54,490 nucleotides of DNA from NCBI GenBank assembly GCA_051453625.1, contig JBOZIK010000001.1:26380917-26435406 (forward strand). Reading direction: 5' to 3'. The position numbers were made by a program, and so were the translations under genes. Within the stretch, counting starts at the first letter, position 1; each line of letters starts with the position of its first letter. The notes below the pieces were generated by a model, which worked only from the letters and a program-made list of their open reading frames with translations, did no database searches and was not told where the DNA came from. Source of the stretch: Welwitschia mirabilis. Its lineage: Eukaryota. Positions 52,336-54,490 of this stretch are shown in pieces.

Positions 52336-54490
52336 ATGCAGAGATATGGTGAATCCTAGTAAAAAAATGAAATATCAGAGAGAACGAAACATAATTGAAG
52401 AAAATATCAAAGAGGGATTGATCAATCTTGAATTAAATCGAGATACGCACACTTCAGGTATGTAAATTACTAGAATTGAAGAAGAAGATTTTTCTGCTTT
52501 TATTATTTTAGAATTTGATTTTACAAAAGAAAAGTATAGTGTAAAAGGAGATTCTATTATTTCTTTGAAAATGTTAAATATTTTAAAAGCGTCACAAAAA
52601 TAAAAGTAAGTAGCTTCTTTTAATGCTTCAATTATCTTAAGAACTTCTTCTTCAAATGTGAATGTTATGCTTAGAGATTTAATTAGTAATAGAAAACATG
52701 AAATTTAAAATCCTTTTGATTTACTGCCTGGAAACGATATAGAGTTAAGAAATTTAAGTGCTTACCCAACCTTTTTAAAGGAACTAGAAGAAGGTCCTTT
52801 TCAACATTTAGCCAACATAGAACAATTTTTACTTACATATGGAAATGGAAAAAAATGTATTAGTAATCATACCTATATGATTATCTTTCTTGTCATTCTT
52901 AGAGATAGGGCAAAAATTTGGCTCAAAACTATCCCACATAAAAGCCTTAAATCATGAAGTTAGGTGCAAGAAGTTTTCATTAAATGATTTTTAAATGAAA
53001 GCACTATAAGGAAGAGAAGAAAAGAAGTCATCAACTTTCAATAATAACCATATGAAGATTATGCAACTGTGTATAAATGTTTTATAATTACTAGTAAATC
53101 CAACCCTATTGACGAATTTCGTAAGGAAGAACTAGTAGATTATTTCTATAGTGGACTGAATGCTTTAAATAAATAACTTTTGGATTTTTCTTATGAAGGA
53201 AATTTATTGAACTTAAGTTTAAATGATGCTTGGAGTGTGCTAGAAAATTTAGTAGAAATTAATCAAACCTGGCCTAAATCCACTAAGGAAAATCATATCA
53301 TAGGCCAAATTTTGAAAGACCTAAAAGAGGTAAAACATGACAAAGAAGAAGAGAGAGAGGATTAAAATAATTTGATAAAATATTTTACTACTTCTTTAGA
53401 AAAGTATATGCAAATGATAGTTGATGCAAAGGTTTATAAAAATGAATCATCAACTTCTAGTTATGAACTTTATAAAGATGATTCCCATTTAACTAAAGAG
53501 TACCCATTATTACCAACTTACAAGGACAAATTGTTTGAAGAGGTTTGTGCTTTCAACAAAAGAAATTCTAACTTTAAGAGTCAACCATTATTTCAACAAA
53601 GACCTAGTGGGTAACCCCAATGAAAAACATTTGAGAATAGATTTCAAATTCCCAATTTTCAACCACACTCTCAATAAAATTTTAATGATCTTCTTAGAGA
53701 ATCCATTGAGAAAATGAAAAAGATGCAAGAAACAATCAATAGCAACATTGAGAACCTAGTGAATGTGATTCAACAAATGATTCTTACTAACCAAAGACCA
53801 AAAGGGTCTCTTTCTTCTCAACCAATACCCAATCTAAATGAAGTTAGAAGAGACTTAAAGATTGTAACAAGAAGTGAGAAAGATACAACACCTCCTATCC
53901 ATGAGGTTCCTAAACAAAATGAAGTAATTAGGGAAGATGATGTAAAAATTCTAGATTCTTATAGCCTTCCTTCCACATCATCTACTAAAACCTCTACCAA
54001 TTACAATTTAAAAGAGGATAGGGAAAAGAGACCATCAACTCCTTGGCTTGATAGATTAAACACAAACCCTACATTTGATGAACACTTAAAAGCCTTGATG
54101 CAAGAAGTTAATATCAACCTTCCCTTTTGGAAAGTCTTGCAAGAAAACCTCAAATATTCTAATTTACAGAAGGACTTAGTGAGAAGAAAATAAAAATGTA
54201 TCATTCCAAGTAAAGTCTTCCTTTCCTAATCTCTATTCAACTTAGTAATGAAGAAATGTCCTAAATTCAATGATCCTAGATCTACAACTATGAGTGTTAC
54301 TTTAGAAGGAAACAAAATAATTAAAAAGGATTTGATTTACATAGTTATAACTATGAACATTATGCCCTTCCACATATGCAAAAGACTTGGTTTAGAAAGC
54401 AGAATTAAACCTATACATATTATTATAGAGCTAGTTAACACCTTAATTAATAAACTGTTAGGAATCATAAAGGACCTAGTCATTAAAATT
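52336..54490 (+). pseudogene. gag: Athila-like gag plus protease pseudogene
   Basis: LVDYFYSGL, RPKGSLSSQPIPN, LMQEVNINLPFWKVLQ, PKFNDP and MNIMPFHICKRLGL (protease, catalytic Asp lost). Stops and frameshifts are present. Confidence 0.88.

Larger units (their letters stand above)
49340..54490 (+). mobile_element. Athila-like Gypsy element A3; runs off the window end
   Basis: 5' LTR 49340-51534 (tgttgtaatgtcaatttg ... tgcaaca), PBS, T-rich 5' UTR and gag-PR. Confidence 0.85.

Overview
This is very AT-rich eukaryotic DNA, almost certainly plant pericentromeric/heterochromatic sequence from a gappy scaffold. I find no intact host gene, RNA gene or CRISPR array. Nearly all of the window is nested, decayed LTR retrotransposons. 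(1) Several copies of one Ty3/Gypsy Athila-like family with a tRNA-Asp-type PBS lie at 1-~2450(-), 37974-39268(+ partial LTR), 39269-45254(-), 47121-49339(- 3' LTR plus UTR) and 49340-54490(+). (2) An older Sirevirus (SIRE)-like Ty1/Copia element on the minus strand (~4491-24140) has a second SIRE-like element inserted in it (7323-16910, target site duplication GTTAA). The inner element keeps gag-protease and an env-like ORF2, lacks integrase/RT/RNase H, and has three LTRs. (3) A CRM-like Gypsy relic lies at ~28765-32800(+). (4) Two more Copia relics lie at ~27550-28620(-) and ~33600-36290(-). (5) A second Athila-like LTR family lies at ~26238-27380 and ~36300-37440. All coding regions are broken by stops and frameshifts, mostly through C>T/G>A changes. 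Most long ORFs in the track are N-gap read-throughs. The most interesting structures are the pol-less three-LTR SIRE element, the probable three-level nesting and the inverted Athila arrangements. I see no convincing novel non-TE system. Family assignments come from motif recognition by eye, and boundaries marked ~ are approximate.
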